Virus record (IMG/VR): IMGVR_UViG_3300042892_000790
Source of the DNA: an uncultured virus (IMG/VR IMGVR_UViG_3300042892_000790)
Taxonomy: Duplodnaviria > Heunggongvirae > Uroviricota > Caudoviricetes > Crassvirales
Length of the DNA stretch: 20,000 bases
Direction: 5' to 3' (one strand)
Part shown: positions 7,748 to 16,967 of the stretch, piece after piece
How positions within the stretch are numbered: position 1 is the stretch's first letter
How the letters are laid out: each line of letters begins with the position of its first letter
Made by a program: the position numbers and the translations under genes
The notes under the pieces: generated by a model
What the model was told of the DNA's origin: nothing
The model's input: the letters and a program-made list of their open reading frames with translations, nothing else
The model's database searches: none

Positions 7748-9603
7748 TATGAAACCTCGCAGGCACCGCCAGCGCAAGCAGCTTGGTCCATTAGGCTCGT
7801 CTTGTCGCTAATCTCTACAATTTTTGCGACATCCAAAGCGTTAAGATTTGTAACGAGTTGATCGTACTTCTCCTTTGTAATGGTCTCGAACGGAGTCTGA
7901 ACGTACGTTCCAAGGTCCTTTGGCAAGAAAGATAGTCCGTTGAAGAACTGCTTGTTCTCCCACAACCACTCTCCAACTGCCGGCCACTCGGACTGGCCCA
8001 TGCTCACAGTAGCGCTCACGTTGTGTGTGTTATCTCCACGCACGTGTCCCGGTGTGATCCAGTACTCGTGGAAGTACTTTACACGCTCCAAGAACTGAAT
8101 AGCGTTCTCGTCATTTCTAGTGATGGCGCCAACCGGTGCAGACTGCGGAACAGACACGACAGCTTGCTGCTGTGGCTTGAACACGTCGTCCTCCAACATC
8201 TCAGGATGGTAGATCGACAGGTACGTGTACATCGCCTCATTCTTTCCAATACGCATCCTGCGGACGTAATACTCGTCGTGCCATGCATGGATACCAGACG
8301 AAGTCCCCAAGACCAAGGAAGAGGTCCCAGATGGCTTCACGCATGTTATACGAGCTGCAGGGTTGATTCCGATCATCTCAGACACAGACACGTTTGCGTA
8401 TATCGCTTGGTTAACGGCCAGCTGAAGGTTCATCTTCATCACCGGACCGCTAGCGATACCAGTCATCCCGATTCCCAACAATGCTTCACGCTCTGTGGTC
8501 TCTTTCCAGATCGGACGAAGGTAATGGAAGTCAGTGTAAGATGCCTGCATGGTTCCAATAACAGATGCCCAGTACACGCGATCGTTCAAGTCGTCCTGGT
8601 CCTTTATGTCAGAGGCGTTCACCTCTACCAAGTTACAGAACTGGAATGGGTTCAACGCAATCTCAGCGCAGGGGTTGGTGCCCATGGTCTCGTTGTCGCT
8701 GAAGTAAAATCCGGGCTCTCCAGAATTGCTCAGCTCAATTTTTTTCCATAGACCAAGGAACTCCTCCTTAGATACACTATCACGCTTTAGGATGGCAGAG
8801 TTGTTGGCACGTGCACGCTGTGGGTTAAGTTCCCACCAGTTGCCGAACTTAGACGTGAGCATCTCCTCGTCGTCAAGATCGAACAACGCAATCATCGCGC
8901 TGCGTCTGATACCGCCGCTTAATACCGCATCTGCGATAAAGCACATGATGTCGTGACACTCTACAGATGTAAGCCTTTCTCCGTCAGACTTGCGGTCCAA
9001 TACTGACTGGATGTGCATCAAGCAGATCTTCAATGGCTCAGGACCCGGGGCAACACCACCAGAGGTGATAAGTCTTTCTCCCTTTGGCCTGATTGCACGG
9101 AAGTCGAATGTAGGCACCGTAGCGCTAAGTCCCAAGTAACCTTTCATCAGTACCTTGATAGAGTCGGCCCATCCTTCGATAGAGTCACCGATCAAGTACC
9201 TTCGGGTCTTGGTTCCCTTTGCGATGGCCGGCAACTTCTCAATGTTGAATGACTGCACCGAGTATCCAACACCAGTCCCACAAAGAAGTAGGAACATGGT
9301 CTCTGAGAACGCACGGTAATCGTCAACTGATAAGTAAGAGCAGTTGAACAAACGAGTGTTGTTTACCTCGATTGGCCTTCCACCAAACTGAAGCGAACGC
9401 ATAGATGGGAGGATCTTCTTGGCATACACCAACTCATAAGCTCTCTCGATCAAAGCGGTCATCTGAGGAAACTTCCTCAAGTGCATTTCCTTGTTGCGTG
9501 TAACAAGTTCGGTCCACGTCTCTCTTCTGTTCAACTCAGGTACGAAGCGTGCATACTTAGACCATACTACTAAATCCGACAAAATCTCTTTCTCTAGTTC
9601 CAT
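7747..9603 (-). CDS. nrdJ: Class II (adenosylcobalamin-dependent) ribonucleotide reductase, monomeric RTPR type
   Basis: LPSMRSL, LFNC, GTGVG, GGIRRSAMI, catalytic TNPCAEI, CNLVEVN, TCVKPSGT and C-terminal CAGGACEV cysteine pair; no adjacent nrdB-like gene. Confidence 0.92.
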   Translation of the reverse strand: MELEKEILSDLVVWSKYARFVPELNRRETWTELVTRNKEMHLRKFPQMTALIERAYELVYAKKILPSMRSLQFGGRPIEVNNTRLFNCSYLSVDDYRAFSETMFLLLCGTGVGYSVQSFNIEKLPAIAKGTKTRRYLIGDSIEGWADSIKVLMKGYLGLSATVPTFDFRAIRPKGERLITSGGVAPGPEPLKICLMHIQSVLDRKSDGERLTSVECHDIMCFIADAVLSGGIRRSAMIALFDLDDEEMLTSKFGNWWELNPQRARANNSAILKRDSVSKEEFLGLWKKIELSNSGEPGFYFSDNETMGTNPCAEIALNPFQFCNLVEVNASDIKDQDDLNDRVYWASVIGTMQASYTDFHYLRPIWKETTEREALLGIGMTGIASGPVMKMNLQLAVNQAIYANVSVSEMIGINPAARITCVKPSGTSSLVLGTSSGIHAWHDEYYVRRMRIGKNEAMYTYLSIYHPEMLEDDVFKPQQQAVVSVPQSAPVGAITRNDENAIQFLERVKYFHEYWITPGHVRGDNTHNVSATVSMGQSEWPAVGEWLWENKQFFNGLSFLPKDLGTYVQTPFETITKEKYDQLVTNLNALDVAKIVEISDKTSLMDQAACAGGACEVS

Positions 9604-9606
9604 AAT

Positions 9607-9987
9607 TTAAAACGCTTTACCATGCTTATAACCCCTTGTTGAATTGTAGGCCATCTTAAGTTGAATGTGATTCTGAAGGTCAATATCAAGACCGCCACAT
9701 AAATCAAATAGACGTATACAAACGTCTGCCAGCTCGTCCTCGAAGCTAGACTTAATATTATTTCTAAAAATTTCTGCATACTCTTCTTTTGTGCCACCTC
9801 TTGCAAAGAAGTCATCAGACAAGAGGGCGACTGCTGCCTTGTCTGCGTAATGATTTTTCCTCAAGGCCTCTAGTGCCTCCGCTGCTTCAGATACGATCAA
9901 CATCAACATCTCTGGTTTGTTGCGCTCTGTGTCCCAAAACCCGTTGGCTTTGGCTGTTCCGTGTGCTTGTGATATTAGCTTTTTCAT
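9607..9987 (-). CDS. MazG-like nucleoside triphosphate pyrophosphohydrolase
   Basis: MLIVSEAAEALEA and EDELADVCIRLFDL acidic motifs; C-terminal KMAYNSTRGYKHGK. Confidence 0.85.
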   Translation of the reverse strand: MKKLISQAHGTAKANGFWDTERNKPEMLMLIVSEAAEALEALRKNHYADKAAVALLSDDFFARGGTKEEYAEIFRNNIKSSFEDELADVCIRLFDLCGGLDIDLQNHIQLKMAYNSTRGYKHGKAF

Positions 9988-10244
9988 AATAGTTCTTTAA
10001 ATTTTTCAATTGAGTCGCAGACTAAGGCCTCGACTCCTATCTCTTTTAATTCTTTAATTCGATACTCTTGCAGTGGCCGGGCCTTACCTCCCTCTCTCTT
10101 GACCTCAACAAAGACAGTTCTCCCTTCCCGATACATGTACAGATCGGGGATTCCTGGTTTATTAGTGCTCAAAAGTTTTAGGACGTACCACCCGTTTTCC
10201 TCAGCAAGCTTAATCATCTTTGATTGCAGCTTAGATTCTAACAT
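9984..10244 (-). CDS. VRR-NUC (PD-(D/E)XK) nuclease / putative Holliday junction resolvase
   Basis: MLESKLQ...GIPDL...FVEVKREGG...LQ motifs; start placed at ATG 10244, just after the helicase stop. Confidence 0.88.
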   Translation of the reverse strand: MLESKLQSKMIKLAEENGWYVLKLLSTNKPGIPDLYMYREGRTVFVEVKREGGKARPLQEYRIKELKEIGVEALVCDSIEKFKELL

Positions 10245-10248
10245 GGGA

Positions 10249-11502
10249 CTACAAAGATAGCAAATCCTTCTTGAAATGCGATACCGTGTAAGGTTTTTTT
10301 CCTTGAACAACCTTATAAATTTTCTCCTCGATACCGCCCTCAGCAAAGACCCAGTACACGTTATTCTCTAGCCTGTCCATCGTAGTTAAGCGATCCCTGC
10401 TCTGCCAGTAAGACGTGGCCGAGAAGTCAATATTGTAGTAGACCAAGTAGTCGGCCTGCTTCAAAGAGATTCCCTCACGCCCCGTAACAATTTGTATAGC
10501 AAAGTTGTTACACTCACCTGCATGAAATTTTCCTAAATCGGTGGTCATATCTTCTTGAAAGACAGACAACAAGCTTTCTAGCTCTGCCTGGAACTTGTAG
10601 AATACCGCTATGCGTTTTCCTGCAAAGTGCTCCTTGATAAAATCAGACTTCGTGTTGTCAAATACCAGCCTGTTACCTGATTCTAGGATGACAGTACCGC
10701 TGTATATCTGGTGCAGCTTCTGCATCAGCTTTACCGGCGTGTCCGCAAGTATCACGTCGCTCTTACCCTCGAAGACCAGGTCCTTCTTCAGCTTGTCTGC
10801 GATCTTGTAAGTAGTCTCGCTCATCTTAACCATGAGAACGTGCTCGTTTACCTTGGATGTAAATCCGGCCTCGTCCTGCGTGTAGCTGATCATGTAAGGC
10901 TGTACCGCCGGCATGATGCTCTCCTTGATCCCGTTCGAGTAGTCGTGGACTCTGAAGCCGTTGATCATCCGCTCCCAGATCTTTACGTAGATGTGAGCCC
11001 ACTTGTAGAAGGTCGGCTCGCAGAACGGAGACCTTGACCCGAGTACCCACATCTGATGGTACATCTGTGAGTATGACTCCGGTGACGGCGTTCCAGAAAG
11101 GAAGATGACATATGGATTGTGCTTGTGCACCAGATCCCGTGCCACCTTGGCCCTGTTAGACGGCTTGGGAAATGCTCCCATGCTGTGAGCCTCGTCGAAT
11201 ACAATGGCATCTATCTTAGAAATGTCTAACTTGTGCAGGCTCTCGTAGTTTATAAACGTGCAATTATAGCTAGGGGCCAGGGCCTTGTAGTCCTTCTGTA
11301 TTCCGGATATCGCCTTCTTCTTGGTTACAAATACCATTTCGTTGACGTCACCAACATGATCAAGAGCAGACAAGGCCGTCAAGGTCTTGCCTGTCCTAAC
11401 TTCCATGGAGAGATATGCAAAACGAGGGGCTCCCCCCAATAATTTGCAAGTTTTTTCCACTATAGCCTGCTGATATGGTCTTAATGTGATATTTTTTTCC
11501 AT
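10249..11502 (-). CDS. Superfamily 2 (SNF2-like) DEAH-box helicase
   Basis: Q motif LRPYQ, Walker A VRTGKT, DEAH, motif III SGTP, EGISL, QSRDR; TAATG coupling with the primase stop. Confidence 0.9.
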   Translation of the reverse strand: MEKNITLRPYQQAIVEKTCKLLGGAPRFAYLSMEVRTGKTLTALSALDHVGDVNEMVFVTKKKAISGIQKDYKALAPSYNCTFINYESLHKLDISKIDAIVFDEAHSMGAFPKPSNRAKVARDLVHKHNPYVIFLSGTPSPESYSQMYHQMWVLGSRSPFCEPTFYKWAHIYVKIWERMINGFRVHDYSNGIKESIMPAVQPYMISYTQDEAGFTSKVNEHVLMVKMSETTYKIADKLKKDLVFEGKSDVILADTPVKLMQKLHQIYSGTVILESGNRLVFDNTKSDFIKEHFAGKRIAVFYKFQAELESLLSVFQEDMTTDLGKFHAGECNNFAIQIVTGREGISLKQADYLVYYNIDFSATSYWQSRDRLTTMDRLENNVYWVFAEGGIEEKIYKVVQGKKPYTVSHFKKDLLSL

Positions 11503-13916
11503 TAGAATTCAAATTCAGATTGCTCTGGCTCCTTCTTTACAAACTTGATCCATCGTCCAGAACCATCACGACCCTGCTCTACGGTCTCTCCAGTGTAGAA
11601 CATACCGAACGACTCGAGCCACTTGTAGAACTTGTTCAACGATATCGATGTCTTTCCTCTCTGACCAAAGTCAGGGTTGTCCAACACGAAGTCCTTGTAC
11701 ACGTCCTCCTTGTAGATCTTAGAGTTTGTTCTGAGGTACCTGTTCTCGCTGTCTGTCATCCACTCCCAGAAGCTGTGGTCCGTCTCTGCGATAAACTTAC
11801 GTGTCTTGAGGTTCTTGAAGTCAGACTTGATGAATCCAAAGCATAGGTAGTTCTTCAAGTTGTTGACCATGTAGTTGTCAAACTTACACCAGTCGTCATC
11901 GTTCCAGTCCTCGAACAATAACCGGCCAAACTCTACGTGTGGCGTGAAGTCCTTGTTGTAGTACTGCTTGAACTCTAGCTCCCACTTGCGTCTCTCGAAT
12001 GAGTTACCCTTTCCCTTGATCGCGTAGTTGGTCGTGATGACCACCTTCGGCGACTTATGGAACGGTATCTTTATGGCGTCCTTGTTCTTCTTCTCAAGAG
12101 TGATACCCTCGGTAACGATAGAGAATAACCTCTCAAAGTCAAAGTTCCTTCTCACGTCATCGAACACGATGATCTGTGTGTCGGTTGACACGGTCTGGTA
12201 AGCGAAGCTCCTCTCGAAGTTAAAACTCTTTCCATCGATAACCGATGACTTTTTCATCCTAGAGATGGCGTTCATGAATAGTCCCTTACCCGTACCACCC
12301 TCTGGGTTGTCGGTGATGACCTCGTCATTGATGATAACCGCGGGGCAGTACCCGTGGTTCTTGTAGCTGTGCAGCAAGAAACCAACTGTACTCTCTACCG
12401 ATCTGACACGGTCCCTCTCTGCTCCAGAGATGTTTGAGATGAATGTCTTGAAGTCGCAGTCATGCGAGTCGCATATTTCAAAGTCCCTGTCGATTACCTG
12501 ATCCTTCCACACGTAACCACCAAGGTCGATGTAGTCGATCATAACGATCTCGTTGCAGTTGGCCTTGACGGCGCAGTTCCTGTAGTACAGGTATGCATCG
12601 TCCTTGTCGTCCTCTACAAAGTACACGTCGACAGGAGACAGCAGAGACAGAAAGTCTTCCTTGAAGTATCTGGTCTTGTCTGCAAAGTGATTGTAGATGG
12701 ACAGGTCCTCCATCTTGAATAGATACTCTAGAACAAAGTCCTTGATTTCATCTTCAGATGCATTAGAAATAAGGTTATTCGTAACCTTAACAAAAATATA
12801 GTTTTTTGTGCCCTCCGGCGAATACTTAAAGTAACCATTGTCTTCTAGAAATTCTTTTAATAAATAATGTACAACACTGACCGCACCCTTCGATGACTTG
12901 GTCCAAAACTCTTTGCTTGATGAGTCCTCCTCTATCTTTACCATTACGGCGTCAGATACACCGTCACTCAGCCCGGAATCTCTAAGCTGTTGACGGATCT
13001 CCTTTTTTGGCACGCCCTTCTTGATCTGCCTTCTCACGCTGTCGATCGCGTCCCGGTCCTCGAAGAACTTGGTATTGAAGTTCTGCTCCTTACGGTAAGC
13101 GCTGTCGATTGTGGTCTTGATCTCAGATAGCGGGAAGTCATCGTGTGCAAACTCTCCGAGTACGTAGCTCGCTAGCTCCTTGTTGACACCAAAGTCATTG
13201 AATGCGGCAGCTAGGATGTACACGTTGGCATTTCTCTCGCCGACCACGATCCCGTACTGGCGCTCCCACCAAAGGCGTAGCCTGCGTACAATTTCGTTTT
13301 GGTCCGTAAGAGTGATAGTGCGCTCGTTGTCGGGCCTCTTGATCTGCTCGAACTCTTCCTCTGATACCTTGTCCCACTCCTTTGACTCTGGGTTATGGAA
13401 TATCAACGGATCGTAAGACTCGTAACAGACACGTGAGATGTTCTTCGATGTCTTGTCAAACTGCTCGCAGTTGTAGTACTTCTCGAGTGACTTGAAGTAG
13501 GACTTGTGCTTGTCCTCGTCTGCCGGTATCTTGACCAGCAACTTGAGCCCATCGCCAGATGGCGAGATGAACACTGACAGGGTGTACTTGTCCTTGGTGA
13601 ACTCCTCCTTCTTGGCAAGCATGTCTGCCTTCTTTGAAAAGCCATCAAAGTCGAGGCAGATCACGCCAGAGTGAGATACTAGTGCAGAGTCTTCCCTGCG
13701 TGTGAACTCACCGGAGAAGCAGATAGCCGGTAGCTCCTTCTTGATCTGGTTTCGTTTCTCCTTGTCCTTCTCCTCTCTGATCCGCTTGACGATGTCCTTG
13801 GACTTGCCCTCCTTGATCCTGTGAATGATGTAGTCGACCGACCTGTAGAATGGCGCCGACGTGTCCTTGATGCTCTTGAATATTGTTATGTTTCCCATTG
13901 GATTTGATTTGTTCAT
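11502..13916 (-). CDS. Primase-helicase (BT4734/VirE_N-like N-terminus, PriCT-like middle, P-loop helicase C-terminus)
   Basis: KKELPAICFSGEF, HSGVICLDFD, FISPSGDGLK, DKTSKNISRVCYESYDP; GERNANVYILAA; Walker A EGGTGKG and Walker B IIVFDD. Start at 13916 gives ATGA overlap with the upstream gene (13898 is an alternative). Confidence 0.85.
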   Translation of the reverse strand: MNKSNPMGNITIFKSIKDTSAPFYRSVDYIIHRIKEGKSKDIVKRIREEKDKEKRNQIKKELPAICFSGEFTRREDSALVSHSGVICLDFDGFSKKADMLAKKEEFTKDKYTLSVFISPSGDGLKLLVKIPADEDKHKSYFKSLEKYYNCEQFDKTSKNISRVCYESYDPLIFHNPESKEWDKVSEEEFEQIKRPDNERTITLTDQNEIVRRLRLWWERQYGIVVGERNANVYILAAAFNDFGVNKELASYVLGEFAHDDFPLSEIKTTIDSAYRKEQNFNTKFFEDRDAIDSVRRQIKKGVPKKEIRQQLRDSGLSDGVSDAVMVKIEEDSSSKEFWTKSSKGAVSVVHYLLKEFLEDNGYFKYSPEGTKNYIFVKVTNNLISNASEDEIKDFVLEYLFKMEDLSIYNHFADKTRYFKEDFLSLLSPVDVYFVEDDKDDAYLYYRNCAVKANCNEIVMIDYIDLGGYVWKDQVIDRDFEICDSHDCDFKTFISNISGAERDRVRSVESTVGFLLHSYKNHGYCPAVIINDEVITDNPEGGTGKGLFMNAISRMKKSSVIDGKSFNFERSFAYQTVSTDTQIIVFDDVRRNFDFERLFSIVTEGITLEKKNKDAIKIPFHKSPKVVITTNYAIKGKGNSFERRKWELEFKQYYNKDFTPHVEFGRLLFEDWNDDDWCKFDNYMVNNLKNYLCFGFIKSDFKNLKTRKFIAETDHSFWEWMTDSENRYLRTNSKIYKEDVYKDFVLDNPDFGQRGKTSISLNKFYKWLESFGMFYTGETVEQGRDGSGRWIKFVKKEPEQSEFEF

Positions 13917-14116
13917 TTGTATGCGGAACCATTTATCATGTCTTGCAACACGTCCATGATGTCCTGCTGTGTCTGGCCCCAGTACATAGTGCACTTGCCG
14001 TCTATGATCGGGGACTCGGTGAAGTATGACTGATACTCAGTCGCTGGGTCTGTGAACCTGTGGCATGTCTCCTTCATGGGACATCCCTCTCCCTTGCATT
14101 TGGTTATGTCGCTCAT
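13913..14116 (-). CDS. Small Cys-rich putative zinc-binding phage protein
   Basis: DITKCKGEGCPMKETCHRF...KCTMYW, four Cys; ATGA-coupled to the primase. Confidence 0.75.
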   Translation of the reverse strand: MSDITKCKGEGCPMKETCHRFTDPATEYQSYFTESPIIDGKCTMYWGQTQQDIMDVLQDMINGSAYK

Positions 14117-14478
14117 AAGTTATCGATCTCTTGTCTTACCCTGTGAAGGTACTCATACATCTCGTCGGCTTGCTTTCCAGTGAACGTGAATGCCACGCCG
14201 AGCATGCTCTGAATTTCTTTGGTTGCGAACAGCTTTGCGGTAGGCCACTCAATACGTGAGTCGTCGCTAATCTTAAAGCTCCTGTTCTTCATGTAATACT
14301 CGACCATCTCCTTGGCCTTGATTTTTGCTTCTATCATAAATTTAATTGCTTCTTGTATTGTGTCAAACTCTCTTACCCTCTCCATGTTCACGTAAACTCT
14401 TATTTTCCTCTTGTCATTTACTGTCGCTCTCACGATTTGAGTGTTCGAAGGTATGGTTTTTGTGTCGATTTTTTGCAT
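14113..14478 (-). CDS. Hypothetical phage protein; start uncertain (14478 or 14337)
   Basis: C-terminal part AKIKAKEMV...AKLFA...YLHRVRQEIDNL looks protein-like and overlaps the next gene's start; the extension to 14550 runs through the repeat cluster. Confidence 0.6.
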   Translation of the reverse strand: MQKIDTKTIPSNTQIVRATVNDKRKIRVYVNMERVREFDTIQEAIKFMIEAKIKAKEMVEYYMKNRSFKISDDSRIEWPTAKLFATKEIQSMLGVAFTFTGKQADEMYEYLHRVRQEIDNL

Positions 14479-14680
14479 TTTGTGTCGATTTTTTGGGGTT
14501 TGTGTCGACTTAGTGTCGATTTTAAAATGAACCGACACAACCAAACTCATTGAATTTCTTCTACTTAGCTATTTTGTGTCGATTTTTACTATACTTATTA
14601 GTAATTTAAAAAAAATATATATAGAATACAATTTTATATATATAGAGTAGGGGACCTAAAAACCGACACAACGACACATG
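14457..14680. repeat. Iteron-like GTGTCG cluster with AT-rich core; candidate replication origin
   Basis: TGTGTCGA at 14461, 14481, 14501 (20-nt period) and 14575, GTGTCGA at 14513; inverted CGACACA at 14533, 14664 and 14672; AT-rich tract about 14590-14645. Confidence 0.75.
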
Positions 14681-14695
14681 GGGCAGTCCCATGTG
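14675..14695 (-). terminator. Hairpin downstream of the SSB-like gene
   Basis: CACATGGG-GCAGT-CCCATGTG, 8-bp stem, 16 nt past the stop at 14712; no immediate U-tract. Confidence 0.4.
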
Positions 14696-14711
14696 CCTGT
14701 GCCTTGGTTTC

Positions 14712-15002
14712 TTAGAACGGTAACTCTTCGGATGGTGCGCTTGCCTTCTTGGGCTCATTAGAGGACTTCTCAGCCACTTTAATGCTTCCGTCGGTCCAAA
14801 CTACCTTTCCGCCTCCGATGTAGGCCTTAGAGGTCTTCGCTTCGCGTTCCTCTTTTGTCTGCGACTCGTAGATGGAAGCGTTCTTGCCCCACTGGTTCGT
14901 TGCATCGTCTACAGAGATGGTTACGTCAAGGTACTTGCCGTCCTTGATTTTGCTTTTCGTGATCTTGCTCACGTCGATTGATAAACTGATTAGTGTACTC
15001 AT
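14712..15002 (-). CDS. Putative single-stranded DNA-binding protein
   Basis: Beta-rich 96-aa protein with flexible tail ending SEELPF (SSB-like acidic LPF tip); follows annealase and exonuclease genes. Confidence 0.6.
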   Translation of the reverse strand: MSTLISLSIDVSKITKSKIKDGKYLDVTISVDDATNQWGKNASIYESQTKEEREAKTSKAYIGGGKVVWTDGSIKVAEKSSNEPKKASAPSEELPF

Positions 15003-15733
15003 AGTGTTTCTTTTGTGTAATACTGTGTGATGTCCTCCGTTTTATTTGGCCCGAAGAACTTGCGCCATACTTCTACTGCTCTTTGCACTTTCTCTTTGCC
15101 TCTGTCCAAGAACTCGTCAGAGCAGTCGAATAGTCCTGTCTTGTTGGTACCCTTCTCTACCGCGATAAAGATGACCGGCTTGCCGAAGATCTGGTTGTAA
15201 ATGTAGGCCTGCGAGTCGTAGTTGTACTTCCTTGCAGAGTACTTGAACTCCTCGATGTTTGATGTGGTCTTGAGGTCGATGACAAACTCAGATGAGATGA
15301 TGTCAGCCTTTCCCTTCCAGATCTCGCCCATAACATTGGATATGCCCGGCTGCTCGTACATGTTGCCGTCCTCGTAGATCATGTCGAAGAAGTCCATGCG
15401 TCCCCTGACCGAGTCTACCATCGAGTCCAGCTCCTCTACCTCCTTAGAAAGAAGGATGATGTCTACACCCTGTGCCTCGCACATCTCTTTGTACTTGTTG
15501 GTATTTCGAGATGTCACGTCGCAGATCAGGAAGTCTACCATCTTCTGTGGCTCCAGCATTGCGGTGTGGAAGTAAGAGCCCTGCACCATTGGTACAGTCT
15601 TTTCCTTGTCCTTTCCGTACGATGACGGGTCCTTTAGAAGTGTGCCGATGTCCGAGTTGGACAGGAACTTCTTTCCGAAGTCCCCGTAGTACTCAGAGTC
15701 GCTGTTCAGTCTTGTTAGGATTTCTTGGGTCAC
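14999..15733 (-). CDS. RecE-like PD-(D/E)XK exonuclease (DUF3799 / exodeoxyribonuclease VIII-like)
   Basis: LSNSDI, GSYFHTAMLEP, EQ, KGKADII, DLKTT, YDSQAYIY, FIAVEK. Confidence 0.85.
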   Translation of the reverse strand: MTQEILTRLNSDSEYYGDFGKKFLSNSDIGTLLKDPSSYGKDKEKTVPMVQGSYFHTAMLEPQKMVDFLICDVTSRNTNKYKEMCEAQGVDIILLSKEVEELDSMVDSVRGRMDFFDMIYEDGNMYEQPGISNVMGEIWKGKADIISSEFVIDLKTTSNIEEFKYSARKYNYDSQAYIYNQIFGKPVIFIAVEKGTNKTGLFDCSDEFLDRGKEKVQRAVEVWRKFFGPNKTEDITQYYTKETL

Positions 15734-16314
15734 GATGCAACCTCCTTGTTAACCTCTGTCCTGATCACGTCCGTGATGTTGTACTTCTTGGACAACTGCT
15801 CAAGGATAAACTTCGACCCCTTCTTCTTGTTGGCGTTTACATAGTTCATCACCCTTACCCAGTTCTCGTCGCCCAACTCTAGCTCAATGACAATACCCTC
15901 TGCGCTTGGCGTGGCCTTGGCCGCCTTCTCCTCGTCTGGCATGTCCTCTCCGGCGTAGACGTAAAGACCTAGCCCGTGTAGTCCGATCGCCTTGGTGGTA
16001 GATCTTTGGATCGCCTTGTTCACGTCAAATGATGTGACCCTCTCGATTGGAAGGGAAGCGTTCTTGGCGTCCATGATCGGGAGGTAGTCGATGTGCTCCT
16101 GCCCATCGATGGTGATACCAACCTTGACCCATGCCGTCTTTCCGTCTGTGTGGTAGTTGTTACCGGTCTCAGACTCGTACACCTTTCGTGTCATGTCTGG
16201 GCAGATCTTCATTGTCTCTTGCCATGCGTAGGCCCAAGACAGGTAACTTTGATTGCCCTTCTTCTCCGTCATCTTGTTGACGTTGATTGCATTTAATTCT
16301 TTAAACTTGCTCAT
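15730..16314 (-). CDS. Sak3-type (DUF1071) single-strand annealing protein
   Basis: YLSWAYAW, YLPIMD, DVNKAIQRSTTKAIGLHGLGLYVYAGED; adjacent to the exonuclease. Confidence 0.85.
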   Translation of the reverse strand: MSKFKELNAINVNKMTEKKGNQSYLSWAYAWQETMKICPDMTRKVYESETGNNYHTDGKTAWVKVGITIDGQEHIDYLPIMDAKNASLPIERVTSFDVNKAIQRSTTKAIGLHGLGLYVYAGEDMPDEEKAAKATPSAEGIVIELELGDENWVRVMNYVNANKKKGSKFILEQLSKKYNITDVIRTEVNKEVAS

Positions 16315-16522
16315 ATTTTTCTATTAATTTGTTTAAGTACCATTGGGCCTTCTTGAGGTCCTCTATTTTATTCTTATTCTCATACCGCCAGATGTACTTC
16401 TGTGTGTTACCCTTAAGGTATCCACAGAACTGGTCTTTGCTCATTGATGCCTCTATCGCTTGGATGCACTCGATACCCGATTGGTTATAGTGTGCAGGCT
16501 TCTCTACGTTGTCAAAACTCAT
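16301..16522 (-). CDS. DUF3310 family protein (T7 gp1.7 / SaV-like)
   Basis: DNVEKPAHY, IECIQAI, GNTQKYIWRY..KN.IEDLKKAQWYL. Confidence 0.88.
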   Translation of the reverse strand: MSFDNVEKPAHYNQSGIECIQAIEASMSKDQFCGYLKGNTQKYIWRYENKNKIEDLKKAQWYLNKLIEKYEQV

Positions 16523-16525
16523 ATG

Positions 16526-16533
16526 CAAATTTA
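16526..16533 (-). promoter_or_regulatory. Bacteroidota -7 promoter element, probably giving a leaderless transcript
   Basis: TAAATTTG-CAT-ATG: TAnnTTTG three bases before the DUF3310 ATG, in the short intergenic gap. Confidence 0.55.
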
Positions 16534-16537
16534 ACCA

Positions 16538-16837
16538 TTAGTTGTCTGATTTCCAAGGACTTTCTGATAATTTTAATCCCCAGTTCAGTGAAATCATTGA
16601 CATCTGAACATCGGCAGACTTGGCGTAAAGCCTCATGTACTTCATCAGATAGGCCTTTCCCCACTTGCGCCATTCAGCGTCCTGATCTGGTGTCATGGTC
16701 CAGTCTTGGAACCAGTTGTCTTTCCTGTCAACGATGTCATTAAATGTCACATCGTGTCCGGCAATCTCAAACATCTTGTTGATCAGTGTCTCAAGTGCGA
16801 TCTGCCATTTTTCTTCATTACTTAATCTTTTCACCAT
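16538..16837 (-). CDS. Hypothetical protein (Trp-rich, 99 aa)
   Basis: Fills the gap in the tightly packed minus-strand operon. Confidence 0.75.
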   Translation of the reverse strand: MVKRLSNEEKWQIALETLINKMFEIAGHDVTFNDIVDRKDNWFQDWTMTPDQDAEWRKWGKAYLMKYMRLYAKSADVQMSMISLNWGLKLSESPWKSDN

Positions 16838-16967
16838 AGTCTTGTATTTTTTCTATTAGTTGATTCATCTTTACATTTATAAATGATATTATCTCCTCGC
16901 ATACTATCAGCGGTAGGCTCATCGCACCTAGCCCGAGTACCATTATGATCACAAACGCCTTTCTCAT
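16818..16967 (-). CDS. Small putative membrane protein (49 aa, not in ORF track)
   Basis: MRKAFVIIMVLGLGAMSLPLIVCEEIISFINVKMNQLIEKIQDYGEKIK; ATGA overlap with the glucosaminidase stop. Confidence 0.65.
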   Translation of the reverse strand: MRKAFVIIMVLGLGAMSLPLIVCEEIISFINVKMNQLIEKIQDYGEKIK

